Source: Alphaproteobacteria bacterium
GTDB lineage: Bacteria > Pseudomonadota > Alphaproteobacteria > JAXMDU01
Length of the DNA: 64,000 nucleotides
Assembly (NCBI GenBank): GCA_046348645.1
Contig: JAXMDU010000007.1
Coordinates: 6,727-70,726 of the forward strand
Direction of reading: 5' to 3'
Shown here: positions 10,348 through 19,110 of the stretch, piece by piece
Position numbering within the stretch: position 1 is the stretch's first letter
How the letters are laid out: each line of letters starts with the position of its first letter
Notes under the pieces: model-generated
What the model was told of the DNA's origin: nothing
The model's database searches: none
Seen by the model: the letters and a program-made list of their open reading frames with translations, nothing else
Made by a program: the position numbers and the translations under genes

Positions 10348-11265
10348 TCATTTGCTGGCCGATTCAGTGGCAGGCTGTATGAATTCCCGTGCCAGATGAT
10401 CAATAAGGCTGCGCACGGCTGGAAGCAGCCCGCGCCGCGAAGCAAACACGGCGTGCACAACTCCGGCCTTGGGTCGCCAGTCGGGAAGGATGTCAACGAG
10501 CACGCCATCGGCGATGTCCTGTTCAATGGCCATCGTCGGCAATTGGGCGACGCCAACGCCGGCGAGCGTCGCGCTCCGCAGCTGTGCGATGTCGTCGGTG
10601 ACGAGACGGGGCGTATAGGCGACCGATGCTGTTGCGCCCTCTGGCCCCATGAGCTGCCACACGTGCTCGCGATGCGCCGGGCCGAACCCTACGCTCGGCA
10701 GCTCGCTCAGGCTCGCCGGGACCGCCGGGCCTTTCAATTGCCTGAGACACGACGGACTCGCGACCAGCCGCTGCTTGCTTTCACCGAGGACACGCATGAC
10801 GTGGTCAGTTTCCTCGATCGGCGGAAAGCGCACGCGGATCGCCACGTCAATGCCGTCGCTGATGAGATCGACACGGCGGCTGGTGCTTTCGAGATGCACG
10901 GTGACACGCGGGTTCGCCGCCATGAAGCGGGCGATCATGTCGCCTATCTGGAAGCAGATGAGGGCTGGCGGGCAACTCACGCGCACAGTGCCTTGCGGCT
11001 CGGCCCGCGAGCGATCGATCACGTCCTGCGCAGCCTCGGCCTCGACCAGCATCGCGACACAGTGCCGATAGTATTCCTGCCCGATCTCGGTGACCGCGAA
11101 GCGACGCGTCGATCGCTGGATGAGGCGGACGCCGAGCCGGGCCTCCAGCTCGCCGACGCGCCGGCTAAGCTTGGACTTCGGTATGCCGACGGCACGACCG
11201 GCCGCGGCAAAGCCGCTGTGCTCGACCACCTGGGTGAAGAGATAGAGGTCGTTGAGGTCCTGCAT
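10348..11265 (-). CDS. LysR-family transcriptional regulator
   Basis: 305 aa with an N-terminal wHTH (LNDLYLFTQVVEHSGFAAAGRAVGIPKSKLSRRVGELE) and a LysR substrate-binding domain. Divergent from the pirin gene. Confidence 0.9.
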   Translation of the reverse strand: MQDLNDLYLFTQVVEHSGFAAAGRAVGIPKSKLSRRVGELEARLGVRLIQRSTRRFAVTEIGQEYYRHCVAMLVEAEAAQDVIDRSRAEPQGTVRVSCPPALICFQIGDMIARFMAANPRVTVHLESTSRRVDLISDGIDVAIRVRFPPIEETDHVMRVLGESKQRLVASPSCLRQLKGPAVPASLSELPSVGFGPAHREHVWQLMGPEGATASVAYTPRLVTDDIAQLRSATLAGVGVAQLPTMAIEQDIADGVLVDILPDWRPKAGVVHAVFASRRGLLPAVRSLIDHLAREFIQPATESASK

Positions 11266-11391
11266 CGGTCCGTATTGTCCTGAATTTGGAACTTACTGTA
11301 CATAAAATTGGGTCTACTGCAAATGTCGTTCTGAAATTAGATCATAACCAATAGCGATGGTCATATGAAGACCCGCTTATGGAGTTGAACA

Positions 11392-12267
11392 ATGAGAAGC
11401 ATTCTTGGCATTTACAGTGCGCCCCGCCCCCACTGGGTCGGCGACGGCTTCCATGTCCGCTCGATGATCTCGCCCGAGACCCACGGCGAGCACTTAAGCC
11501 CCTTCATCCTGCTCGACTATGCCGCGCCGGAGACGTTCACGCCTGCACGTGGGCGTCGCGGTGTCGGCCAGCATCCGCATCGCGGCTTCGAGACCGTGAC
11601 CATCGTCTATGACGGCGAGCTCGAACACCGCGACTCGACGGGAGCGGGCGGCACCATCGGCCCGGGCGATGTGCAGTGGATGACGGCGGCGGCCGGCATC
11701 CTGCACGAGGAGTTCCACTCCAAGGCGTTCGCGGCCAAGGGCGGTAATATGGAGATGGTGCAGCTTTGGGTGAACCTGCCGGCAAAAGACAAGAACGCCG
11801 CGCCCGGCTACCAGACCCTGCTCGACAAGGACATCCCCGCGGTCGATCTGCCGGGCAAGGCGGGCACGCTGCGCGTCATTGCCGGCGACTATGATGGCAA
11901 CAGGGGGCCGGCGCGGACTTTCACCCCCATCAACATCTGGGACGTGCGCCTGCGGCGGGACAAGAACGCGAAGCTCGCGCTCTCCGAGGGTCACTCGCTT
12001 GCTGTTGTCGTCCTTGCCGGCAGCATCGAGGTGAATGGCGCCGAGATCGTGCGCGCCGGCCAGCTTGTCGTGCTGGCGCGCGAGGGCGGCGAGATCACGC
12101 TCGAAGCCAATGGCGACGCCAAGCTGCTGGTGCTGTCGGGCGAGCCGATCAACGAGCCGGTCGTGGCGCACGGGCCCTTCGTCATGAACACGATCGGAGA
12201 GATCAGGCAGGCCATGCTCGATTTCCAGGCCAGCAATTTCGGCCAGATGGGCGAGCGCCGAGCCTGA
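11392..12267 (+). CDS. Pirin-family protein (bicupin, quercetinase-like)
   Basis: 291 aa with a conserved pirin N-terminal cupin including metal-ligand His residues (HPHRGFETVTIVYDGELEHRD). GGAG RBS. Confidence 0.9.
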   Translation: MRSILGIYSAPRPHWVGDGFHVRSMISPETHGEHLSPFILLDYAAPETFTPARGRRGVGQHPHRGFETVTIVYDGELEHRDSTGAGGTIGPGDVQWMTAAAGILHEEFHSKAFAAKGGNMEMVQLWVNLPAKDKNAAPGYQTLLDKDIPAVDLPGKAGTLRVIAGDYDGNRGPARTFTPINIWDVRLRRDKNAKLALSEGHSLAVVVLAGSIEVNGAEIVRAGQLVVLAREGGEITLEANGDAKLLVLSGEPINEPVVAHGPFVMNTIGEIRQAMLDFQASNFGQMGERRA

Positions 12268-12364
12268 CCGCCCAAGGCAGCCCCGGAACCGTGCGGGGCT
12301 GCCAACTGCACCACCGATCCGTCGCCGCAAGCCCGGGCCAAACCCAACGATGAGGAGATTGAAA

Positions 12365-12994
12365 ATGAGCAAGCCTTATATCCGCCTCGACAGGAACAAG
12401 GCCGTCGTTCTGTTCGTCGATCATCAGGCCGGGCTTCTGTCGCTGGTGCGCGACATCGACCCCGACAAATTCAAGAACAACGTGCTCGCGCTTGCCGATC
12501 TTGCCGCATACTTCAAGCTGCCGGCGATCCTGACGACAAGCTTCGAGGACGGCCCCAACGGCCTGCTGATGCCCGAGATCAGGGAAAAATTCCCGAAGGC
12601 GCCGTTCATTCCGCGTCCAGGCCAGATCAACGCCTGGGACAATGCCGACTTCGTCGCCGCCGTCAAGGCGACCGGCAGGACACAGCTGATCATCGCCGGC
12701 ATCGTCACCGAGGTCTGCGTTGCCTTTCCGGCGCTCTCGGCGATCGAGGAAGGCTTCGAGGTGTTCGTCGTCACCGACGCGTCCGGAACCTTTAATGACA
12801 TCACCCGCCATTCGGCCTGGGACCGCATGTCGGCGGCCGGCGCGCAGCTGATGACCTGGTTCGGGGTCGCCTGCGAGATCCACCGCGACTGGCGCAACGA
12901 CGTCGAGGGGCTGGGCACGCTGTTCGCGAACCACATCCCCGACTACCGCAACCTCATCACCAGTTCCATGGCCACCAAGGGCGCGCGACGTTGA
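12365..12994 (+). CDS. Isochorismatase-family cysteine hydrolase (YcaC-like)
   Basis: About 209 aa from the ATG after a GAGGAG RBS. Isochorismatase-fold signature with a catalytic Cys context (IAGIVTEVCVAFPA). Confidence 0.8.
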   Translation: MSKPYIRLDRNKAVVLFVDHQAGLLSLVRDIDPDKFKNNVLALADLAAYFKLPAILTTSFEDGPNGLLMPEIREKFPKAPFIPRPGQINAWDNADFVAAVKATGRTQLIIAGIVTEVCVAFPALSAIEEGFEVFVVTDASGTFNDITRHSAWDRMSAAGAQLMTWFGVACEIHRDWRNDVEGLGTLFANHIPDYRNLITSSMATKGARR

Positions 12995-13108
12995 ACGCAA
13001 GCACGAAGTGCTTGATTCACAGCGGCCATGACTATGGCGGGCCAGGGCGGCGCACCCAGCGCCGCCATGGTTCGAAACGATCACAACCAGGAAAGACGGC
13101 CAAAGATC

Positions 13109-13711
13109 ATGAGCAAGGTATTGGTGCTTTACTATTCGAGCTATGGCCACATCGAGAAGATGGCCGAGGCCGTAGCCGAGGGCGTCCGCGAAGCCGGCGC
13201 CCAAGCGGTCATCAAACGTGTGCCGGAACTCGTGCCCGAGGAAATCGCGCGGAAATCGGGTTTCAAGCTCGATCAGGCGGCGCCGATCGCGACGGTTGCA
13301 GAACTGCCCGAATACGACGCCATCATCCTTGGCGTGCCGACGCGCTTCGGTAACATGCCGGCGCAGATGAAGAACTTCCTCGACCAGACCGGCGGCCTGT
13401 GGGTCCAGGGCAAGCTGATCGGCAAGGTCGGCAGCGTGTTTACGTCGACGGCCACCCAGCATGGCGGCCAGGAAAGCACGATCCTCACGACGCACACCGT
13501 GCTCCTGCACCACGGCATGGTCATTGTCGGCCTGCCCTATTCCTATCAGGGGCAAATGGGGGTGAAGGAACTTGTCGGTGGCTCGCCCTATGGCGCCTCG
13601 ACGATCGCCGATAGCGACGGCTCGCGGCAGCCATCGGAAATCGATCTGGCCGGCGCGCGCTATCAGGGCCGGCATGTCGCTCAGATCGCGAGAAAGCTGG
13701 CAGCGGCGTAA
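13109..13711 (+). CDS. wrbA: NAD(P)H:quinone oxidoreductase WrbA (flavodoxin-like)
   Basis: 200 aa starting [25 protein letters not shown], the hallmark WrbA N-terminus, with an FMN-binding flavodoxin fold. Confidence 0.9.
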   Translation: MSKVLVLYYSSYGHIEKMAEAVAEGVREAGAQAVIKRVPELVPEEIARKSGFKLDQAAPIATVAELPEYDAIILGVPTRFGNMPAQMKNFLDQTGGLWVQGKLIGKVGSVFTSTATQHGGQESTILTTHTVLLHHGMVIVGLPYSYQGQMGVKELVGGSPYGASTIADSDGSRQPSEIDLAGARYQGRHVAQIARKLAAA

Positions 13712-13754
13712 TCTGGTGCGACGTAATCTGGTGCGACGTAATCTGGCGCTGACG
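13709..13754. repeat. 15-bp tandem repeat TAATCTGGTGCGACG x3 (third copy degenerate)
   Basis: Direct copies at 13709-13723, 13724-13738 and 13739-13754. The first copy begins with the wrbA TAA stop codon. Confidence 0.8.
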
Positions 13755-13803
13755 GGGAACACGACAGGGATCGGCTTCCGTCAGCGCCACAAGACCTCCC
13801 GAA

Positions 13804-14094
13804 TCACGCCACGCGCGTGTTTCGCTCGGCCTTGATGTCGTTCGCTCTCTTCATGGCCTGCGCCAGATCGTAGGCGGCCTGGAGCCGGAACCACGTATCC
13901 GCGCCACCACCGAAAGCCTTGTCGAGCCGGATTGCCATCTCCGGCGAGATGCCGGAATGACCGTTGAGGATGTCCGAGAGCTGCTTGCGGCTGACCCCGA
14001 GCCTCTTGGCCGCCTCGGTCACGCTGAGGCCAAGCGGCTCCAGACAGTCATGGCGCACCGACAAACCCGGATGCGGCGGCGTCTTCATCGGCAT
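13804..14094 (-). CDS. higA: HigA-family antitoxin-like HTH protein (XRE/COG3093)
   Basis: 96 aa ([80 protein letters not shown]), a close match to the HigA/VapI pattern. Strong AGGAGG RBS 7 nt upstream. Confidence 0.8.
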   Translation of the reverse strand: MPMKTPPHPGLSVRHDCLEPLGLSVTEAAKRLGVSRKQLSDILNGHSGISPEMAIRLDKAFGGGADTWFRLQAAYDLAQAMKRANDIKAERNTRVA

Positions 14095-14352
14095 GTCATA
14101 TCCTCCTAATGGTAGTCGACCAGATCGACGTCACAGGCGTTGGCGCCCTAACACAGATCTTACACGCGGATTCGGCTCCGTGTTCACAGACATCGATCTC
14201 GGCAGCGTCGCTTCAAGCGCGTTCTTCGATGTGAATAACACGCTGCCTAGCCTCGGCCTTGTCGGTCTTGGCGTCACGCCGTGGCGCAAGGCCACGTCGT
14301 TCATCTTGCTGATGGGCGTTTGAAAGCGGCGGCGCCTGGCAAGTACCGCCGT

Positions 14353-14898
14353 TCACGGTCTCCGGCCATAGATGGCCATAAATCGCGCCACCAGGTCGGC
14401 CGGAGGATCGGGAATCTGGTCGACAACCTGCTTCGCCCAGTCGAAATACTCCTGGCGGCGTGCAAGCGACCAATTGGCCGGAGGATTATCTGCCGCATCC
14501 CTCAGGTTTGCGATCTTGTCCGCCAGTTTCACGAGGCGGGCCTTCGGGCTCAAATGGGTGGCGTGCTCAATCTGACGCAACTTGCGCTCGGCCTTTGGCA
14601 ATCGCTTGTCATCCGTCACTTCCTGGACCAGGGAGGCGACTGTTCCACCAAAAGCTTCGACCAATTCCTCGACCGAAGTTCCGGTATCCTCAATCGTATC
14701 GTGCAACAAGGCGGCGCAAAGCGTATCGCGATCGGTGATTCCGGCCTCTACCGCCAGGATCGATACGAGTGCTATGGGATGATTGATGTAAGGCGATGCA
14801 GCGGCATCTTTGCGTCTCTGTTGACTGTGCTTGCGGGACGCAAACGCAAGCGCCCTGACAAAGTCTGCAAACATGTCACGAACAATCGCGTCGCTCAT
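14353..14898 (-). CDS. Small alarmone hydrolase, Mesh1-like HD-domain (p)ppGpp 3'-pyrophosphohydrolase
   Basis: 181 aa matching the metazoan Mesh1 / bacterial SAH family along its length (RKHSQQRRKD...PYINHPIALVSILAVEAGITD...LHDTIEDT...VTDDKRLPKAERKLRQIEHA...KLADKIANLRD). Has the HD motif of the SpoT hydrolase domain and no synthetase domain. AGAGG RBS. Confidence 0.8.
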   Translation of the reverse strand: MSDAIVRDMFADFVRALAFASRKHSQQRRKDAAASPYINHPIALVSILAVEAGITDRDTLCAALLHDTIEDTGTSVEELVEAFGGTVASLVQEVTDDKRLPKAERKLRQIEHATHLSPKARLVKLADKIANLRDAADNPPANWSLARRQEYFDWAKQVVDQIPDPPADLVARFMAIYGRRP

Positions 14899-15051
14899 TG
14901 TCTGCCTCTTTCACGAAACGAACATTGGCGCTTTCGGGTGGTACATCAGCATGGCGTGCGAGAGCGAAAAGGGGCGGCGGAAAAGGCCCGCCGCCCCGTG
15001 CGCCAAAGGCCCCGTGCGCAGAGCCCCCTGCGCCTGGGGCCAGGCGTTCCA

Positions 15052-16101
15052 TCAATTCACATTGGCTTTTCTGGAACTGTCGAGAATGACCTGCAACAGT
15101 TCCTTGCCGTTGTAGCCAAGCTTGTCGATCTGCTCGACCCATGCGTCCCAGATTGGCCGGACCTGCTGGCGCAGATTGTCGAGGTCGCGCTCCTGGAACG
15201 CGACCGGGGCAAGCCCCTTGGCCTTGAAGGCGTCGACCGCCGCCTCATCGTCGCGAATGTCGACCTTCATCCACTGCTGGTTGACGGCCGGCACCGAATC
15301 CATGATCAGCTTTCGGTATTGGGGCGCGAGCGAGTCCATCGCCTTGGCGCTGGCAAGGATGACGCCGCCCGGAAGCGAGACGGCGAAGTTGGTCGTGTAC
15401 CAGTTTGAAACCTCCTGCAGCTTGTAGGCGGCAAGCGACGAGTAGACCGAAGCCGCCGCATCGAGCAGCCCCCGCTCGATCCCGCCATAGACCTCGGTCA
15501 GGGGCATGTTCTGGGGCGAGGCGCCGATCAGCTTCATGGCCGCCGCATCGCCGCCGATGGCTCGGATCCGCATACCTTTGAGATCATTGAGGCTCTGGGG
15601 CGGTTTGCCCTTGCCGAGCATCTGGGTCGGCGGGTTCTGCTGAAGCGTGATGATCGAGATGCCCCAGCGCCCCGCATCCTTGTGGGGGATCGGGCTGGTC
15701 AGGAACCCTTCTCGCATGGCTTTCACATGCGCCATGGTCGGCGCGGGAAGGAAGGGCAGGCTGAGGCCTTCGAAGGTCGGTATCTTGCCGGGCGTATAGC
15801 TTGGCACCGTGTATGTCATCTGGAACGCCCCGACAGCCAGACCATCCAGGGCCTCTCTGATGGGGCCAAGAGCCTCGGCGTAATGGATCTTGATCGTGAA
15901 ATTGCCGTCGGTGGCTTCACTGACCAGGCGGGCAAGCTCCTCGGCGCCGGCCGTGGCCGCCCGCTTTCCGCCCCAGGTGGAGAGGTCCCAAGACAGCTTG
16001 GGGCCATCAACTTTGGCGGCAAGCGACGCTCCAGCGCAACCCAGGCCGGCGATACCAACGGCGGCCGAGATCAGGCAGGATCGAATCAATCGAATGGACA
16101 T
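15052..16101 (-). CDS. TRAP-type periplasmic solute-binding protein (DctP-like, COG4663 type), paralog 1, orphan
   Basis: 349 aa from ATG with GAGGAA RBS. N-terminal signal peptide (MSIRLIRSCLISAAVGIAGLGCAGASLA). Layout collinear with TRAP SBPs (...DGNFTIKIHYAEALGP..., ...DLKGMRIRAIGGDAA...GLLDAA...). No dctQ/dctM adjacent. Confidence 0.8.
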   Translation of the reverse strand: MSIRLIRSCLISAAVGIAGLGCAGASLAAKVDGPKLSWDLSTWGGKRAATAGAEELARLVSEATDGNFTIKIHYAEALGPIREALDGLAVGAFQMTYTVPSYTPGKIPTFEGLSLPFLPAPTMAHVKAMREGFLTSPIPHKDAGRWGISIITLQQNPPTQMLGKGKPPQSLNDLKGMRIRAIGGDAAAMKLIGASPQNMPLTEVYGGIERGLLDAAASVYSSLAAYKLQEVSNWYTTNFAVSLPGGVILASAKAMDSLAPQYRKLIMDSVPAVNQQWMKVDIRDDEAAVDAFKAKGLAPVAFQERDLDNLRQQVRPIWDAWVEQIDKLGYNGKELLQVILDSSRKANVN

Positions 16102-16409
16102 GTGTTTCCTCGCTTTGGCTGACTGCACGACACGCGCTGGTCGTGACGATGTATTATCATGAATAGAATGCTTTGCCTTGCGTCTGAAGGGTCGACGGCC
16201 GGCGTGATCTTTCATGATGCCAAGCCTCCAACTTTTTGCGGGCGTCTTCAAGGCTCATGAACGCCGGCTGCGCGCCGGCTGCGTGCGCCCTGGTTCAGCT
16301 TGGCCACGACATTGGCATCGCACCCCTGCCGACAGCAGGCGGCTGGATATGAGGGATGGCCTACAATAATCTCGTTGGTCTTCGTTCGGACGGGGATCGG
16401 GGCAGGGGC

Positions 16410-17294
16410 ATGCCTTTGGACTGGGACAATGTACGAGTTTTTCTTGCTGTCGCTCGCTGCGGGCAGATGCTGTCCGCCTCGCAGCAGCTTGGTGTGTACC
16501 ACGCGACGGTGGCGCGAAGGCTGGCGACGCTTGAAAAGGAATTCAAGACCAAGCTGTTTGATCGGCACACGACGGGTTGTACGCTGACCGCGGCCGGCCG
16601 CAGCTTCTTGCCGGTTGCGGAAAAGGTTGAATACGCCATGCTCCGTGCCCAGGCCACCATGACGACCGAGCAGGTGGACGGCGTCGTCAGGATTGGTGTC
16701 TCGGATGGGTTTGGCGTCTTCTTTCTGTCGCGCGAACTCAAGCCATTCGTGCTGAGCCACCCCCAGATCCGGCTGCAGCTGGTGCCGCTGCTGCTGCCCG
16801 TATCCGCGCCGAAGCGCGAGATCGAGATTTCCATAACCGTTGACCGGCCGAAGGAAAGCCACCTGGTCTCATCGAAGCTGACCGACTATCAGCTTCGCTT
16901 CTATGCCGCGGGCCAGTACCTGGACGAGCACGGAACAGTCACGCCGGAAAACGCGTCGAAGCATGTTTTCGTCAGCTACCCGGGGGACTTTCTCCACGGT
17001 TCATTGCGGGCTTTCCTGCGCGGGATCAATCTGCCGCTTTCGCAGCGGTTCGAGTGCGCCAATGTCGCGGCCCAGTTGAATGCCATCCGCAGCGGCATCG
17101 GTTACGGGATCCTTCATGACTATGTTGCCAGGCAATATGTCGACCTGAAGCCGATCCTGCCGGACCATCGGTTGCAGCGCACCTATTGGCTCGCCTCCCA
17201 TGCCGCTGGCAGGAATTTTCCCCATATCGCCCAGACGATTGATTTTGTCCGCCAATGCGTGCGGAGCAATGCCGAAATGTTCTTGCCGGACTAG
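16410..17294 (+). CDS. LysR-family transcriptional regulator
   Basis: Start chosen at MPLDWDNVRVFLAVARCGQMLSASQQLGVYHATVARRLATLE, the canonical LysR N-terminal HTH, with an AGGGG RBS. The ORF extends upstream to 16356. Divergent from TRAP SBP paralog 1. Confidence 0.85.
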   Translation: MPLDWDNVRVFLAVARCGQMLSASQQLGVYHATVARRLATLEKEFKTKLFDRHTTGCTLTAAGRSFLPVAEKVEYAMLRAQATMTTEQVDGVVRIGVSDGFGVFFLSRELKPFVLSHPQIRLQLVPLLLPVSAPKREIEISITVDRPKESHLVSSKLTDYQLRFYAAGQYLDEHGTVTPENASKHVFVSYPGDFLHGSLRAFLRGINLPLSQRFECANVAAQLNAIRSGIGYGILHDYVARQYVDLKPILPDHRLQRTYWLASHAAGRNFPHIAQTIDFVRQCVRSNAEMFLPD

Positions 17295-17354
17295 TGTGGC
17301 CGGGTGGCGAATAGGGGCCAGGCCGGGCCGGGCGGCAGATCCCGGCGGACTGGC

Positions 17355-17400
17355 AGATGTGCAATATCAATCAACGAATGTGCGACAATCGTGATTGCCG
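17355..17400. promoter_or_regulatory. Candidate operator: direct ATGTGC(A/G)A..AATC repeats plus inverted repeat CAATC-GT-GATTG upstream of the MaoC-tctBA operon
   Basis: Seen directly (agATGTGCAATATCAATCaacgaATGTGCGACAATCGTGATTGcc), about 125 bp upstream of the 17525 start. A related GATGTGCATTTATTGGCA motif occurs near 23421-23443. Confidence 0.35.
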
Positions 17401-17524
17401 GGCGGGACCGCGGTGGGCCAGTTACTTCGGGTGGATAACCGGGCGATGGACGACCGGGCCGGCCGGGATGGGCGCCGCTTGGCCATCCGACGTTTGACCC
17501 GCAAGAATGGGAAGGGGCATCCGA

Positions 17525-18637
17525 ATGGCAGCCAATGACGCTTCAGAGCTGCGGCGTGTCCTTGACGCCTATGTCGGGACGGGCGCGGAACGGCCAGGGT
17601 TTGTGGCGCGCAATGCCGTCAGCAAGGATGTCATCCGGCAGATGACCGACGCGGTCGGCGATCGCAATCCGATCTATACCAATGAAACGTTCGCGCAGCG
17701 TTCGATTCATGCCGGGATCGTCGCGCCGCCGACATGGCTGCATGGCTGGTCGTTGCCGGCGCTCGAGCCCGAGTCCGAGAGCGACCCGATCGTTGACGGC
17801 ATCCGTCGCTTCACGCTGCTGCCCGGCGGGCAACGTCGCAAGGTTGCGGAACGGGTCACCATTCGGGACGAAATCAATGAACTGCTCGCACGGCACGGCT
17901 ACGACGCGCCGGCTGTGACGAACATGGAGTTCGAGTACCTTCGCTACCTGAGGCCTGGCGATCTGCTCCATTATTCGTCCTGGACGATCGAGGAGATCGC
18001 GGGCCCCAAGGCTACGCGGTTGGGGGAGGGGTTTTTTATCACCATCAGCCTGGCGGTGACGGACCAGGGCGGCAACCGGGTTGCGACGGTGCGGCAGACC
18101 TATCTCAGGTCCAAGCCTGATCCGGCCGCGGCGGCCAAGCCGGCCACCGGCGCGGCGCCTGGTCAAGGCGCCAGCCCGGCGCCAACCGTTGCGCCGGTCG
18201 GATCCGATGATCGCATGCCGTCTGTCGGCGATGCCCTGCCGCCCCTTGTGGTCGATATCACGCCGACCCTTATTGTCGCGGGTGCCCTGGCCGGCCAGGA
18301 TTTCCAGGATGTTCATCACGACGTTCCATCGGCCCGTCGCCGCGGCCACCCCGACATCTTCATGAATGTGGTAACGACGTCGGGCCTGATCGGCCGCTTC
18401 GTGACCGACTGGGCCGGACCCGACGCCATCATCAAGAAGCTTCAGTTGCGCCTTGGGCGGCCCAATTATCCCGGCGATCAGATGCTGATGACCGGCAAGA
18501 TCACGTCCCTGGATGAAAAATCCGGCCTGGCGGCGGTGGCGGTCGTGGGGCGCAATCGGCTTGGCGACCATGTGACCAGCACGGTCACCCTTGTCCTGGC
18601 CGGGGCAAGCCATCACCGCCGGCGGCCGGCGACATGA
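17525..18637 (+). CDS. Fused double-hotdog (MaoC_dehydratase_N + MaoC) enoyl-CoA hydratase/dehydratase
   Basis: About 370 aa. The N-terminal hotdog and C-terminal MaoC-like hotdog are joined by a Pro/Ala-rich linker (AAAAKPATGAAPGQGASPAPTVAPV). Start at ATG 17525 after a GGGAAGGGG RBS; the ORF extends upstream to 17507. Confidence 0.8.
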   Translation: MAANDASELRRVLDAYVGTGAERPGFVARNAVSKDVIRQMTDAVGDRNPIYTNETFAQRSIHAGIVAPPTWLHGWSLPALEPESESDPIVDGIRRFTLLPGGQRRKVAERVTIRDEINELLARHGYDAPAVTNMEFEYLRYLRPGDLLHYSSWTIEEIAGPKATRLGEGFFITISLAVTDQGGNRVATVRQTYLRSKPDPAAAAKPATGAAPGQGASPAPTVAPVGSDDRMPSVGDALPPLVVDITPTLIVAGALAGQDFQDVHHDVPSARRRGHPDIFMNVVTTSGLIGRFVTDWAGPDAIIKKLQLRLGRPNYPGDQMLMTGKITSLDEKSGLAAVAVVGRNRLGDHVTSTVTLVLAGASHHRRRPAT

Positions 18638-19101
18638 AATTCGGGCTGCGGATCGGCACGAAGGACCTGGGCGCCGGGCTGCTTTTTCTGGCGTTTGGCC
18701 TTTTCTTTGTTATTGACGGCCTGGTCAGGCTCAGGCTCGGGACCGGCATGCGGATGGGGCCGGGGTATTTTCCGGTGTCGGTCGGCGTGCTTCTCTCTGT
18801 GATCGGCGTCGTGTGCATCATCACGTCGGTCGGCCGATCCGATGGACCGATCGGATCCGTTCCGTGGCGCGGCATCGTCTTGATCCTGGGCGCGATTGTC
18901 GCGTTCGCGCTGACTGTCAATGGGCTGGGCCTGGTCCTTGCGCTTCCGCTGTCGGTGACCGTGGCGGCCTTTGCCAGCCGCAAGGCAAGGCTTGGCACGG
19001 TGCTGGCCTCGGCGGTGGTTCTGACCATCTTCTGCGTTCTGGTCTTCAATTACGGGCTGGGGATCCCGTTGCCGCTGTTTGGCACCTGGATCACGCCATA
19101 G
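18634..19101 (+). CDS. tctB: Tripartite tricarboxylate transporter small membrane subunit TctB
   Basis: 155 aa with 4 predicted TM helices. ATGA overlap with the upstream gene and immediately followed by tctA. Confidence 0.8.
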   Translation: MKFGLRIGTKDLGAGLLFLAFGLFFVIDGLVRLRLGTGMRMGPGYFPVSVGVLLSVIGVVCIITSVGRSDGPIGSVPWRGIVLILGAIVAFALTVNGLGLVLALPLSVTVAAFASRKARLGTVLASAVVLTIFCVLVFNYGLGIPLPLFGTWITP

Positions 19102-19110
19102 CCGCGGCCA

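Noticed and set aside
11494-13762. 292-aa and 519-aa minus-strand ORFs
   Set aside because: Antisense to pirin, the isochorismatase-like gene and wrbA. There is no RBS and no family resemblance.
14141-14315. 58-codon ORF upstream of higA as a candidate HigB toxin
   Set aside because: The sequence (MNDVALRHGVTPRPTRPRLGSVLFTSKNALEATLPRSMSVNTEPNPRVRSVLGRQRL) shows no RelE/HigB-like motifs or composition. Retained only as a hypothesis in the orphan-antitoxin finding.
10228-14352. Integrase-bearing genomic island inserted at tRNA-Ser
   Set aside because: No integrase or recombinase gene, no direct repeat of the tRNA 3' end, and the downstream genes are ordinary LysR-regulated detox functions. 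At most an old, degraded insertion.
14281-15408. 375-aa plus-strand ORF
   Set aside because: Antisense to the Mesh1-like hydrolase and TRAP SBP paralog 1, both of which have strong homology support.
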